Made by a program: the position numbers and the translations under genes. Shown piece after piece: positions 40,501 to 52,693 of a stretch of DNA of 64,000 nucleotides; the first letter of the stretch is position 1, and each line of letters begins with the position of its first letter. The notes under the pieces are model-generated. The model was not told the DNA's origin. It saw only the letters and a list, made by a program, of their open reading frames with translations, and searched no databases. This DNA is from Lingula anatina (Eukaryota; Animalia; Brachiopoda), in the NCBI GenBank assembly GCA_051362555.1, contig CM120640.1:60924788-60988787 (forward strand). The letters are read 5' to 3'.

Positions 40501-43500
40501 TCATCTATTGATTGTGCTTGACAGTTTGTCCTTCATGTAATTGCTGCAGTACAACACTTTTTTACAGATAAGTTGTGTTTACAGATGAAATCAGATAAGT
40601 TATCAAATTTGCATTCAATTCCAAAGACAATCAGAAACCAGTCACCAAATATATGAAGGCCAGAATTTAAACACAGTCACTTGTTGAAATTTTCTTAATC
40701 ATTGACTCCAAAAGCAGTTGACTTACTTCAACTTGACCTTATATCCCGGAAGATGTAAGAGTTTTGATAAAGTTCTTTTGTCTTTGGCATTCAAACATGA
40801 CATACATGATTTTGTTTTTGTTAAATTCATGTAATGAATCTATCCATCAACTGGTAAACCAATATCTCATGCAGAATGACAAACCATTGATTTAGCTCAA
40901 TCTGATGTCTCTTATTTCAAATGATAAAAAAACATTAGGTAACACATAGCGTTTTTTCTGTGCACTGAGGTGAACCTTTTCATTATTCAGTGTTTGATTT
41001 GACAGTTATTCTATAGAAATGAAAAAGTAAAGTAAAAAGACCGACCGGATGACCTTGTGGTCAGAGTGTCCACTTCTTTATTTGATGATATGAAAACTTG
41101 AATGGGTTTTAGAGTTTTCTTAGTCATCAGAACAGTGATCACTGTAACTCTGGAATAGTACCACAATACAATATTTCAAAAGTTCCTTAAACAGGATGGT
41201 TGAGATTTAATAAGCAAGAAATGTTAAATTAAGCATTTATTCAGTGGTTTCCTTCCTACTGGGGATCAGTTTTTTGCAAGTAAAGGTCTAATAAAAATTG
41301 AGGTACTGAGTATTGAATGTGAAATGAGGCTACCTTCCTTTTCAGAACTTTTGATCAGTTTATAATGTTTGGTTATATTTTATCATCATGTTGTAGACAC
41401 AGTGTCTTATTATAGATTTGATTGAAAGGATGTAGCATTGATGTTCCTTGAGACATACATGTGATAAGTCATGATGGAAAAGTTATTGCAGTTGAAGTAA
41501 CTAGCACTGCAATTAGAGTGGTAGATGTTGTGATTAAGATGTTGGTATCACAATTGACATTGTGTTGAACTTTGATTGATTCTTTTATGTGCTGACCTTG
41601 GTTGTCCATGTTCTTGGCCTCCCCTCCCTGAGTTGACTTTGGCTGTCTATGTTCTTGGCCTCCCTTCCCAGAGCTGACTTTGGCTGTCCATGTTCTTGAC
41701 ATTCAGTATGAATGTTGTTTTCTGTTTAAAAATTGTAACACAGTCCTTTATAAATTTTTGTTTCCGGTTGTCATTCTACCAAAACATGCTACCATTTCTG
41801 GAATTTTCGACAAGCTACTTATAATTTTTCTGAATTGCGTTAGTGTGTCCTTTAACCATTATTCAGTTACATTATTACTTTCCCCAAGGTGCTTTTTCTT
41901 TCTCTTTTTTCTCGAATATTAAAAAAAAAAACATAATTGGAATGTGCACAGTACTAAAAATGTAGTGTAATTGTCAGTCTGCTCAAGTAATGAAAAAATA
42001 TTCTTCTTTTTGCAGGTGGTACTGATGAGCTGGACCAGTTAGACAGTGTTTGTTTTGAGTGGGTTGCTAAGGTTTGCAGTATTCTCAATTTGGTTAGCCT
42101 GGTACATAAACAGAGCATCCCACATGTCATAATGCTGGTACATGGTGGTAGTTCCTCTGGTGCAAGAAGCAGTCAGGCTGAGATCAAAAAGTTTACAGAG
42201 GAAACCATTCGGTGGCAAGAGATGGTTAATTGTGTTGTGCATGGGTAATTCCCCCTTCCCCTAAACATCTTTCTCTCTCTTTGCTCTTACGTCACCCATA
42301 TTTCCTCAAGTAGAGAGTTGAACACTCTCACTGTGAAGAAATATTTCAAAGAGCATACCGTAGGAATATTAATAGTGAAAAAGTGTCCATGCGAAGAATT
42401 AGATTATTCTTGATGTCTCTTTGATCATGCTGCGTTCCATTTGTTTGTTGATGGGATCACTGCCTTGCTATGTTAGATTAAATCCTACTAACAGTGAAAA
42501 CCTTTGTGTGATTGGCTTCTACATGTCTTAGTATTTTCCTACAAGAACCCATGTAACAACAGCATAGGAAAGCAGCATTCTTCCATTGACCAGGACTGGG
42601 AATGACAAAACTTGGCTTATCATTCAGCTTAAGCCATTTGGATAGCCATACTTGATTGAAATTATTCCTGTGCATAACTTATTTTCTGCATGATTAAATG
42701 TTTTTTGTCACTGTTTGAGTTGTTGTCAAGCAATTCCACCATATTGGATTTGCTTGAAACAAGCAAAATGTTTCTTAAAGTATCTGTTTATGTTTTACAG
42801 TTTTCATCCCTCTCCAATTCGAACTGCATTCCCCTTCAGTCAATCACAACAGATTATTCATTTTAACTTCATATAATTGTCAACACATCCTGCATATTTA
42901 GTTAAGAGAAATAGTTTATTTAACTAGCCTACTGTAGACAATCAGTTTTGTCATATTGTTTTATTGTGTAATTTACCAATGGCATTTTCACAGAAAATGA
43001 AATTATATCTATGTAAATTCCCCTCAAACAATCATGACCGGTTGATCATTTGGGCTTGTAGAATTGGCAACATATTATACAGATTCATTTTGGTTGTATA
43101 CATTTTGCATAACCATGACAACAAAATTATAAGTATTTTGGTGAATAATGCATACTTCTTATGATGACCCCATTCAGGTATCATCTCAACAACAAAACGG
43201 CATTTTCCTCATTTCATTTGCCCCTTGAATGATCACCTTTTGAAAAGGGGAACTTGGATTTCAGTCAACTCTGTGTTGTCACTGTATGTCCAAAAATTAA
43301 TAAAAGTTTTAAACTGATTGCTGTCTTTAATATAAAAAAGTGTTTATATTCAAGGTTGGATGATCAATTCAGAAGTAACCAGGTGTCCACAGCAGCCTCA
43401 GCCATGGATGCCTTGACAAACCTCATGGCTGAAACTGTCCATGCTGCAGAGAATGCCCCAAGTGCCATCACCACTGCTGACTGCCTGTATGCTGAATGGA

Positions 43501-46500
43501 AGATCAAGATGTTGCAATACCAGTGGGCATGCAAGGTAGAATTACTGTAATTACATAAGTTTTGTGGAAGATTGCAGAGTTGCAATAAGACACTTAATTG
43601 ATGATAGTACTCCATAAAAATGACACAGCTGGAAAATGCTAGCAGATTTATGATAAATGATTTTTGTTCTTGCATCTTTACAATCCACTTCAACATCAGT
43701 ATGAATGCAATCTTGGCTGTTTTTTCCTAAGTATATGATGCACAAATATTTTTTATTTTCATTTCTCACACCTTCCTACAGCTGTGTATCTTAACCATTT
43801 CAGGTGCAATTGTTGAAGCAGTTGATAGATGATTTGACTGCTGATGTTTCCCATTTTCCTGAAAAATTGGCCAAAGCTGCCATTTTGACACACTGTGCTG
43901 CAGGTAAACAGTTCTACACTTTGGTTCTCTATTTAGAAAATAAATGTCAGAAGGTAAAATGTTTCTATCTGTTATGCAGACTACATACAAAGTACTGTGA
44001 TGGGAATCTATGCTGCCAATATGTGTTTCATCTCATGGAGAGATGCTTATAAACATAACAAAACTGGATACTATAACTAAAAGAAGGTCACTCTTGGTCA
44101 TTCTCTTTGGATTGACTTTTATGATTCTAGGAAAGTATGTCATTGTAAATGTAGCATTGGTGGAATTTTTTCAGAGGAAATTATTTTTACTGTATCAGTT
44201 ATTTAATATTGGATGTTACAATGCATCACATTCAATATTTTTGTAGGTTCTCAAAAAGAAACCCATTTAAGTGATTTTAAAATGGCATCTAAGGAGATCC
44301 AACAGGCAATAGCAACCATTTCAAATGTTGCTCTAAAGATGGCAGAAACAGAAGAGGATTTGGATATAAAAGCCACAGTTTGTCAAACTGTCAATGATTT
44401 GGCAAGACTCACTCCAAACTTAACAGCATATGCAAGGGTATTGATGGGTAAGAGTTAATGTGAAAATTGAAATATACATCCTTTAAACAATCATTGAAAA
44501 GTTGTTTTAAAAATGGTGTGCAAAACCTTGTTTCAATTTTCAGCTAGTTTAAAGAGTTCAATCAATTTTGAGCTAGTTTAAAGAGTTCAATCAATTTTGA
44601 GCTAGTTTAAAGAGTTTAACCAATTAGGGCTAGTAGCTATTCAATTAGTTAATTTTATTGTCACAAGTTTTTCATGGTTATGAAAAGTTACCAACAAAAG
44701 TCAGTGTCATGATGATGTATTTATCTTTAACCTCTAGTCATTCGTTATTAGTTGTTGTGAATTAGTTAACAAGATAATACCTCTAGCATACAAATCAAAT
44801 CATTTTAGATAACAAAAGCTTGTCTTCAGTTGAAGGTTATTAATTGTGGATTTATTGCTTGTTTTTGGTCTTTTGTCATAATGCAATAAATCCTGTACTT
44901 GGGTTGATTTCATAAATGGTAAATTGTACAAACATTGTCAAGTATCAAATTACATGATGGATGTTAACCCTTAGTAAAAATTCATTTGGGATTGTTCTCG
45001 ATAAAATCCACTTTTTGTATGTTGAACATTCTGAGAAACCTCACTTGCATTTCTTGCAGACAACCCAAATGACCAGAGCATGCATGATTTCAGTAAGTTG
45101 AAGAGGCAGTGGGCATGTAAGGCCAAACTTTTGGTCACAGCAGTGAGTTCCTGCAAAAGGATTGACACAAAGACTGCCCAAGGTAAAACCATTTGTCAAA
45201 ATACAACAACAACTGTTGCTTGAAATTGATGTTCTGTTAATTAATCTTATTATTTCTTTTTGCAACATTTCAAAAATATTATGAATTCATATTTTAGATG
45301 TTCAGATGGCGCTCTGTCCCAACACACCCCAGCTCCCAACTTCTTCACCAGTCAGAGGTGTGTCATTTTCTGTTGATGACACCCAAGCTTCAGATCTTCT
45401 TACTAGCCTCTTAGGGCAAATGTCACAGTCCCTGAATCTGACAGAATTAGGCAACTCTGTCAAGATGACCCCAATGAGTAGACTGGACACAAGTAATCAC
45501 AGAAGTACACAGACTGTGAATACAGACAGTCCGGCATCACCTCAGCTACAGCCTACAACAGGTTATGGTCAGCAGTCACAGAAGGCCAAATTTAATGACC
45601 AGCACAAAGGCACGCCATCTGTAAAAGTACAAGAAAAAAGATCCAGTCCACTTGGAAGAGGGTAGATATTTTCATTGATTAAACAGATTGTAAACTGATT
45701 AAGACATTCAAAATATGTTGTTATATGAAATATAAGTCTATATTGATGACATAATTTTGCACATTATCTCATTTAGTGAACTTTAAAGGGATAGGCATAT
45801 ATCTTGACTATTCATCTGCAGGTCCCCAAGTTTCGCTAGTTTTTTAAGCCCCCAAAGTGCTGCAAATAGCTTCTCAGAACTTGGCAAGTCCAAACCTATG
45901 GAAGTGTGGAAACAGCCCCCTCAGTCTACAGAGAAATGGTCCCTAAAATCTGCACATCAGATTGCTGTAAGTATATAATATACAACAGGTTAATTTTGTA
46001 GCGCTACAGGTTTAATTGAAAAACAGTTTTGACTGACAGGGAAGGATACAATTTCTTTGATAATATGTGGATTATTAAAACAAACATAAGTTGTTGCTTT
46101 TAAATTCAATTATAGCTAGATTGTATAATTGACATAAATTGACTTTGAGTTGCAACTCCTCTTGCACATTTCCGTTATTCAAGTGCCAAAGTGAATAATG
46201 CTACCTAGATTAATGTGCTTGAAAGGTGGAAATCATAAAATGTCATTTAATGAAAACTTTGCAATGACATTTATGTGAAGGCAATTTGTGTCAACAATAA
46301 GAAATGTATATCCAGTACTTTGTGGGACAAGAATAAGATGGGTGCACAATTATTAGAATTGTAATTTTGAAACATGTGCAAAAGACATATCTTACAAATG
46401 TAATTTTTCCAAGACAACTGAAATGAGAGGTCTTCATTTTTCTTGCAAAGTTCATGTAACTTTATATGTTTGTAATAACATGACAATTGGGCACCTTTTT

Positions 46501-48815
46501 TGTATGTGTTTGTTAATGATAACATTCACAGATTTAGGAAGTGATTCATGTCTGTGATATGTGCCCTTGTGAGACTGGAGTAAACTGTTTGCTGCTCACA
46601 ACCCCAAATATAGATAGAGGCTAGGGATGTTGGAGGGAGTGTTCTTCGTATCATATGTACACAAATTCAGGGGAACAATAATTATCTTTTGACCTTTGAT
46701 TGTCAGGCTGCTGCCAAGTACCTCCAGTTGGAGACAGCCAAATGGGAGGATGACAGCAATCCAATAGTCAGGGTGGCCAAACAGATGTCAGAGCAGATGT
46801 TTCAACTGTCAGAGTTCACTAAGAAACAAGGACCACTGTCTGTAAGTTTATTGCTCTAGTTGTTTAGGAAAAAAGCAAAATAATAATGTTTAAATGGCCT
46901 ATACAGGGTTTGATGTGTAAATTTCATTGAAATGAATTACACATTTTTAAAGAATTAATTAGTTATGCTTGTAAATCTTAATTTAAATTTATGTTTTGGA
47001 AAAGAGGATTAGAGGCATCTGGTAAGAAACAAAGGTTGTTTTTTCTATTCTTCACTGTCATCTTACAGGGCAAAGAAGATATGATCCAAATTTCCAAAGC
47101 AATAGCAAAAAATGGAGATGCAATTGTTCAATTTGCCAAAATTATTGCTGAGTATTGTGTGGATAAACGGTAAGCCATATATTCAAGTTGTAAAAATTAG
47201 TCATAACTACTGAGAAGTAAATTTGTTAGTGATGTTCATAGTTTTTGTTTTGGTCAGTCTTGAAACTCAATCTAAAGAAGATACCACTCTGAAATAAAAT
47301 ATACAAGGCTATTATTTATTATTTATACAAGCTATAATAATAGAAGTAATTAATTTCAAAATTTAGAAATCTTACTTTGTGTTATCTTAGTTTAAAAATT
47401 CTTTGTCACTTTTTGAATTCATTGACATTCATGGTTTACTTTTTCAAATGTTTGCACCTGTACAAACACAATTGAATAATCTTTTAGATAAAATTAGGGC
47501 ACTCAGTATGAATGATACTAATTATATGTTAATTGAAAGAAATCTATTGCCATATATATCCTGATCTAGACCTTATTCAGTTTAATAATTTACAGTGCTA
47601 TAAGTTGGAACAAAAATATCCCCTTGCAAAGTCCATGTAAGAATGATGATGGTACTGCAGCCTCATGTTAAGGAGAGTTGTTGATTTTGCAGGTTCTCAG
47701 AAGATCTCTTGGCCTATGCAGATCAAGTGCCAACTATCAGCACTCAGCTTAACATCATTGCCAGTGTGAAGGCTGCAACTCCAGAAGACAGATATGTACG
47801 TTTAATACTTTGAGTAGTATACTCTTATGGATATTAGTTGGGAGGATTTTTTCCTATAATCTTTGGTTGCCAAAATTTTAGCTCTTGTCCATGTTTATTT
47901 TCTTGTTCTTTAATTTAGTATTATTATTATTGTTATTATTAGTATTATATTGGGGTGTAAGTGTACAGCAACTACTTCTATGGTGTACAGTTTGTGAATA
48001 GTAAATTGAAGCCCTGTTGATTCATTTAGTGGGTGTTTCTGAATATGATGATCATTATGCACATTATGTCTTAGGCTGATAAAGTTTTGGTGAAGAATGC
48101 TGAGAATCTAATGCAAGCTGTTATGAAGACACTAAAAGCTGCAGAAGCAGCTGGTGTTAAGGTAAGAATATTTAAACTAACTAATAATTTTAAAAAGTTT
48201 CAATATGATTTGCATTTAATAGCAGCAGCAATCCTTATATGTTTGTTTTAATTCTTCACAAAAGCATTTAAGAAAATTTTAAAAAGTACAAACTATTATC
48301 ACATGCAATAACAACATGACATAATGTTTAACTTTTGTGATTTACCAGTGGGTTGTAAGGAAAATTGCATGACCAGGGTTTTGAGATACAGAAAATTGAA
48401 AGTCCAGGGCAGGGGTGGGGGACATTCCTGTAAAAGCCATGTGGAAACAGCAGTAATTGCTCTTAAACAAGTATGATAGTTTTGGGACCCTGCATTTTAA
48501 ATCACCCCAGACCCATTTACTGACTAACTTTTGTGTTTAATTGTTGCTGTCAGATTTGTGGGTGTAATTATCATAAGTATATTTCATGAAATGTAAAACA
48601 ATAGGAATATTATTTATCTTTAGGGATTACGTCAGCCCCCACCAGATGCAGTGGATGAGAGTCAAGCAGTTGTACTGGCCACACAGTGGAAGAGGAAGTT
48701 AACCAGTCATCGCAGGCAGGAGGCCAGCACTGCAGATATGGATGAACTGGGCCTGCGGATGATTAACAGAAACACCTCTGGACCTGCATTGCAAGAGATT
48801 TTCATTCGACGCTGA
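20489..48815 (+). CDS. Large vinculin/alpha-catenin family protein, 30 exons, ~1576 aa
   Basis: Exons 20489-20569, 20854-21006, 21286-21444, 21632-21754, 25483-25662, 26104-26241, 26543-26689, 27045-27118, 27304-27460, 27710-27839, 28186-28395, 28675-28872, 29142-29342, 32172-32399, 32648-32810, 33340-33472, 33754-33864, 34136-34319, 42016-42244, 43355-43535, 43804-43903, 44247-44447, 45060-45182, 45298-45661, 45822-45966, 46707-46841, 47069-47169, 47693-47795, 48075-48161, 48624-48815 (4731 nt, phase-consistent). Family motifs: QTKSIQRVLAPLATQV, LLVADDAEIRKI, EVFSETTGPL, and tail KWEDDSNPIVRVAKQM / TISTQLNIIASVKA / LVKNAENLMQAVMKTLKAAEAA. Confidence 0.9.
21895..25285. mobile_element. Non-autonomous TIR DNA transposon with 4-bp TSD (Sola-like), interrupted by a HINE
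   Basis: TIR GGGCCATTCCGTGGTATTT ... AAATACCACGGAATGGCCC; TACT duplicated at 21891-21894 and 25286-25289; recurring internal GTCCTTCCG motifs. Superfamily assignment is inference from the TSD length and GGG terminus. Confidence 0.75.
22265..24291 (+). mobile_element. Helentron-associated non-autonomous element (HINE / DINE-1 / pearl-like), copy 1
   Basis: T-tract, then 5' palindrome ATGTACAGACAC-AGAT-GTGTCTGTACAT, a GTC/GCC microsatellite, ~160-bp core tandem repeats (starting ~22351, 22512, 22672, 22836, 22997), 3' subTIR TGTCTGTACAT and terminal hairpin CAGC-TTT-GCTG plus TTGTT. No TSD. Confidence 0.8.
29353..32062 (+). mobile_element. HINE copy 2, partially dimeric
   Basis: Same termini as copy 1; expanded (GATGGC/GATGCC)n microsatellite at ~29412-29460; second 5' head at ~30283. 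Confidence 0.8.
35888..36859 (-). CDS. Intronless class A (rhodopsin-family) orphan GPCR, moody/Tre1-like, nested antisense in intron 18 of the vinculin-like gene
   Basis: 323-aa ORF with seven hydrophobic segments, TM1 N (GIFTN), TM2 MAMAD, TM3 Cys, TM7 NAVIY, helix 8 MNTKYRRAY and a CRCC palmitoylation-type site. Splice acceptor at 36871 just upstream of the ATG; candidate donor at 37423. Confidence 0.9.
   Translation of the reverse strand: MATINAFQSSFDNTSMNTTGELDTLRMERQVVGYLSLPIIISGIFTNILILGATFKTEHLRKMPVSPFIVTMAMADLTIAMFYLPFTAYLRITQEGLDEGFCHFLAAFFWVLACTSIWGNACFTINCCFAVAWPTQYYEYQKRNLVVKTLVFISVFIPVTIVAIARGISNPKQAGLAIIIQQCLITDFKARLIYFTVTVIIPFCIMLFCHVKIAFVIKISKEAQNVSSQFKQDVKLTKLALAVVISFLIFYVVPLILILISTAMNLQTWIINGLNLLVWMGFGTNAVIYGLMNTKYRRAYKMIICRCCKGDQVEPVSVQTSSV
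38220..40164 (-). mobile_element. BEL/Pao LTR-retrotransposon remnant (putative 5' LTR plus gag)
   Basis: Gag/DUF1759-like FSSNAKDYHYFITLFEEIVE...RLLQFTSGPAKDAIKNC...G*TKAREILKERFG with an in-frame stop at 38867-38869; TGTTG terminus at 40164 on the minus strand. No pol or 3' LTR seen; boundaries approximate. Confidence 0.72.
41590..41700. repeat. Short tandem repeat, ~40-bp unit, ~2.6 copies
   Basis: GCTGAC(C/T)TTGG(C/T)TGTCCATGTTCTTGGCCTCCC... repeated. Confidence 0.8.
44542..44625. repeat. 29-bp tandem repeat, ~3 copies
   Basis: AGCTAGTTTAAAGAGTTCAATCAATTTTG repeated. Confidence 0.85.
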
Positions 48816-50657
48816 CAGATTTAAATCTTACTCGTGAAGCAATGAGAAATCATTATATTACTATATTATCTATATTTTATTACCAGTGCTTTTGATACCT
48901 TTTATTCTATTGTTATTTTAATGATGATTTGCAAATGTATATATGCTGTTGTGTATGGTTGCCATGTCGAGCTGCTTTAATTATTAAGAAGCATTGTTTT
49001 AGATATTGTGTGATATGCTAATCTATCATAAAACCAAGGTTCAAATGAAAATAAGTTACATACATGTATAAATCACTTTTTGGTCTATCCATTTTGAATG
49101 TCCTTTACATTTTAGCAATGAGTAATAGTGTTTATATATATATATAGGTATGGATAGCTAATACAATTAATTTATTTAAGTGTTCTTATCTCACTTGGGA
49201 GCTTTTCATTACTCATATACATATGAGAAATTGTTTTTCTTAAACAGGACTGCCTAACTTTGTCATCATATTTGGATTACTTGGCTGGGCCTTAAGGGTT
49301 CCCTCATTCTCCTTACTGGTCACAAATCCACTCTCTCTCCGACTCGAGTTACTTTGCTTTTAGAAAGAAAAGATTTAATTTGGTTTGGATTTCAAATGCT
49401 AATTTGGGAGGAGACTGTATTTTAGGTAGAAGATATGTTTTATCTCAGAGATGTTTCCTTTTTAAAGACAATTTTTGTTTTTATGCCAGTAAAAAACATT
49501 TTGTACTTAATTGTTACATCATTTTTATTGATTTATTTTAAAAAGATACTGGAAGTGGATATAGATAAATCTATTTATTCATTTACACATTGTGTAAGGT
49601 TTCTATATACAACTTAGATATTTGGACATTTTTTTATATATATATATTCTGTAACTATCTCAGAAATATTTTTAAAATCAAATTGTACAATTGACGCCTT
49701 CTGTATATGGTGTTTGATAACAATTAGAATTATTTACTTACATGGCTGAATCATTAACAATGTCAAGTATATTGTTGCTCTGCTTTAAAATATTGTGGTG
49801 TCAATTTTTATGGAATTTTTTACTGTAGGAATTTTACACTGTTTTTACACTGCTTCTTTGTTTTCTAAAAACCTCATGCAAGATTCTTCAGGGAATTTGG
49901 CTTTTTTTCAAATAATACATACTGGTACCACTTTTCTTTTTCCTGTAAATACCAAGTTGCTGATCTGTTTGCCCATCCGACAAGGAAACTGTTAGCAGTC
50001 TGGGCAGAAATTTCAACCAGTTAGGAAAATTACTGTTTACTTCAAATTGGCATAACTGAAACTTGCCTCTTGTCTTAGGCACTTTCACCCGTTTTCAATG
50101 GACTAGATTGCGTTTATTCCAAGCACTTGGAGGTCGTTGTGAGGATAGTGTTGTAGTTGAGAAGGGAGCAATGGAGCGATCTTCTTTCGAATAGCTCCCT
50201 TCTCAATTTAGAACATAGCATGTAAATGAAGAACAAGCACGACGGTATATCTGAAAGTTTTATAAATTTTGGCTTTTGCAGAGTCACAACCTTTGGCATC
50301 CACTTGCTTGAAAATAATATTAAGCTGGCTTGAACTGTATAGATCTAAGATGCCACTCGTATGTCCTCTAAATCAGTAATGTATCATTTGATGGCGAAAA
50401 TGCATATTCATATCAATCACCGTATAGATCTTTAAGAAATAAATAAGTTATTATAATGATGCAGCTCTGAAGATCAAAATCCCTGAAAAGGGCTTAGGGG
50501 CCGTAGGTACGTCATTATAATAACTTATTTGTGGCGAAAATGAAAACGAATATAACGTAACGTCACCAAACAATAAGAAAACGTGGTTGTGACGAAAGAG
50601 AATAGTGCAACGCAACGTGAAGCATTTTACACCAGACGCAATGTATCAGTTGAAAAG

Positions 50658-51368
50658 ATGTGTTCTTTTTGGGTTGCTTTAGCCGCTATTTATTCCCGTC
50701 AGATGGAGAACAGAAACCCTCTTCTGCACAATGCGCAGGCGAAAAAGAACGTAAGATTTTGCGGCGAAAACACAGTGATTCTGGAAACGGAAAACTTGCT
50801 ATCGAGCAATCCAGGCCTATCATCAGAAGATAATAACTACATCCATAAAATAAGGGGAACAAAGAATGTGACGTTTGCTTCAGAAGTAAGTCTGAGTGCA
50901 GTAAATTCTCTACCGCCAGTGAAAGGATTTGGCTTACCGTTACCATTAGATCGCAGCATCGTTCTTCATCTTACGCCGCTCTACGTCCAGTACCCCAATT
51001 TCCAGGTACCAAGAACACAGCTGAAACGCTTCCGAGATCGAGTGGCTCTTTGGTGGAACACGAGTACAATGTCACTAAAATTTAAACCTCGACGAGACGG
51101 CACAGTTTTCTGCATACTCACTGTAAGAACGGGGTTATTTAGAAAACAAAAATTCTACGGAAATGTGTCTGTTGGTCATATATTTGAAACTCTCCGTTTG
51201 CGCTGTGTGGTGTACACGGGTGAAAATAGTGAAAATGACATTCAGCTGACTTATCCCGCTTTTGAATATGGGGATCATTGTTACATGGCAGGAACCATGC
51301 GTAGAACTGAACATACCACGGGCAACGAAAGGGTATGGCAGGCTAGGGTAGATAGGAATTATAGGTGA
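50658..51368 (+). CDS. Intronless orphan ORF (~220-236 aa) with two RVxF-type motifs
   Basis: Open frame from ATG 50658 (or 50703) to TGA 51368 in AT-rich DNA; KKNVRF and KNVTF motifs, then a beta-rich-looking region; CpG-rich upstream region; AATAAA at ~51571. No recognised family. Confidence 0.6.
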   Translation: MCSFWVALAAIYSRQMENRNPLLHNAQAKKNVRFCGENTVILETENLLSSNPGLSSEDNNYIHKIRGTKNVTFASEVSLSAVNSLPPVKGFGLPLPLDRSIVLHLTPLYVQYPNFQVPRTQLKRFRDRVALWWNTSTMSLKFKPRRDGTVFCILTVRTGLFRKQKFYGNVSVGHIFETLRLRCVVYTGENSENDIQLTYPAFEYGDHCYMAGTMRRTEHTTGNERVWQARVDRNYR

Positions 51369-51714
51369 CTGCGAGTGAATCTCGAAAGCCTACACCTACC
51401 CATTGTGTTTTAGGAGGAAATCTTAATCGGTGTAGCTGACGCCGAAATGGAGCTAAAACGCAAAAGCCGTTTCAAAAACGTACACCAAATGCCATTTTCA
51501 GAAAATATTTTGAATAGTTACGTTACCATAATCGTGTACAGACAATGACATCCATTCAGAAATGGGATTTAATAAAACAGAGGTATCCCAGTACTGTTAC
51601 CTGTTGAGGAGGGCAAGCATTGTTCTGTTGCTCAGGCAGAAACATCCGACACTTATATGCGTTTTAAACGAAAAATTCCATTAAATTATGATAGGAACAG
51701 CTGTGCGTGGTTAA

Positions 51715-52057
51715 AGGGATAATAACTCTTCATTTCGGCCAAAAAATTAATTTTCCTGGAGTAAACAACAATTTTCCCATACTTACCAATGGTTAATGAA
51801 TCCATTTTTACATTCAAAGTTAGTCCCTGTTTTTTTTTTTCTAAAAAGTTTTTTTTTTTTTTGTTAAAATCTCTTAAGAAATTATAACAGAGTATAGCCA
51901 TCAATGGAGGTCACGTGGTCTGAAGACAAGCTCAGATATCAGAATAATAGCTAAAACTGCTGTTTTTGTCGTAAAATAGAATATATTATATTTCTGTGAG
52001 TTATTCACAATGTTTTTATTGTGAAATATAGACCTCATAAGAAGAGTTATTATCCCT
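51715..52057. mobile_element. Kolobok-type non-autonomous element, copy 2
   Basis: TTAA|AGGGATAATAACTCTT...AAGAGTTATTATCCCT|TTAA. Confidence 0.8.
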
Positions 52058-52693
52058 TTAACTAATTTTGAAATAAAATACTTTGAATAACACCAAGACA
52101 TCCCCACTGCTAATACCATCATTAATTCCTGTCAAATTTTAGTGTAGCGGACTTATGGTTAAACAATACCATTATACATCACAAACAAAGAAGCTCCCAA
52201 CTGACTTTCAAACATATTTATTTATTCATATAGATGTTTTTTTTCCTTTCAAGCGAGAGAGACGCGAAGGCCTAATGTATCAGACTGACTGTACATTACA
52301 AATCTAGATGAAAGAATCACACATTACAACTTCTTTATTAATTAATTTACTTGCTTCCAAGTACACGGTTTCACGCAGATAAAAGTCAATAACTTTGCTG
52401 GCGTTAGCAGATGATAGTTTGCGATCAAGCTTTGCAAAAATGGCAAGCCTATTCATGACGTCTTTGGTAACTATTCGCAAAGTTCCATCTTAAAAGCGTG
52501 TTGTCCACCAACTAGATCCCCCTTTACTCAATCGGAGAGGTTTTCAACGGGATTTTCAAGTTAGTCAAATGATATCATGAACATATGTGCCACCCTGTTG
52601 ATACATGTTGGCAAAGTGATAGTATTTCAACCATGCATGTCCCCAAACTGGAAAGTGCCTTTTTCAGTTTTGTTAATGCATCTCCGTGAAATC

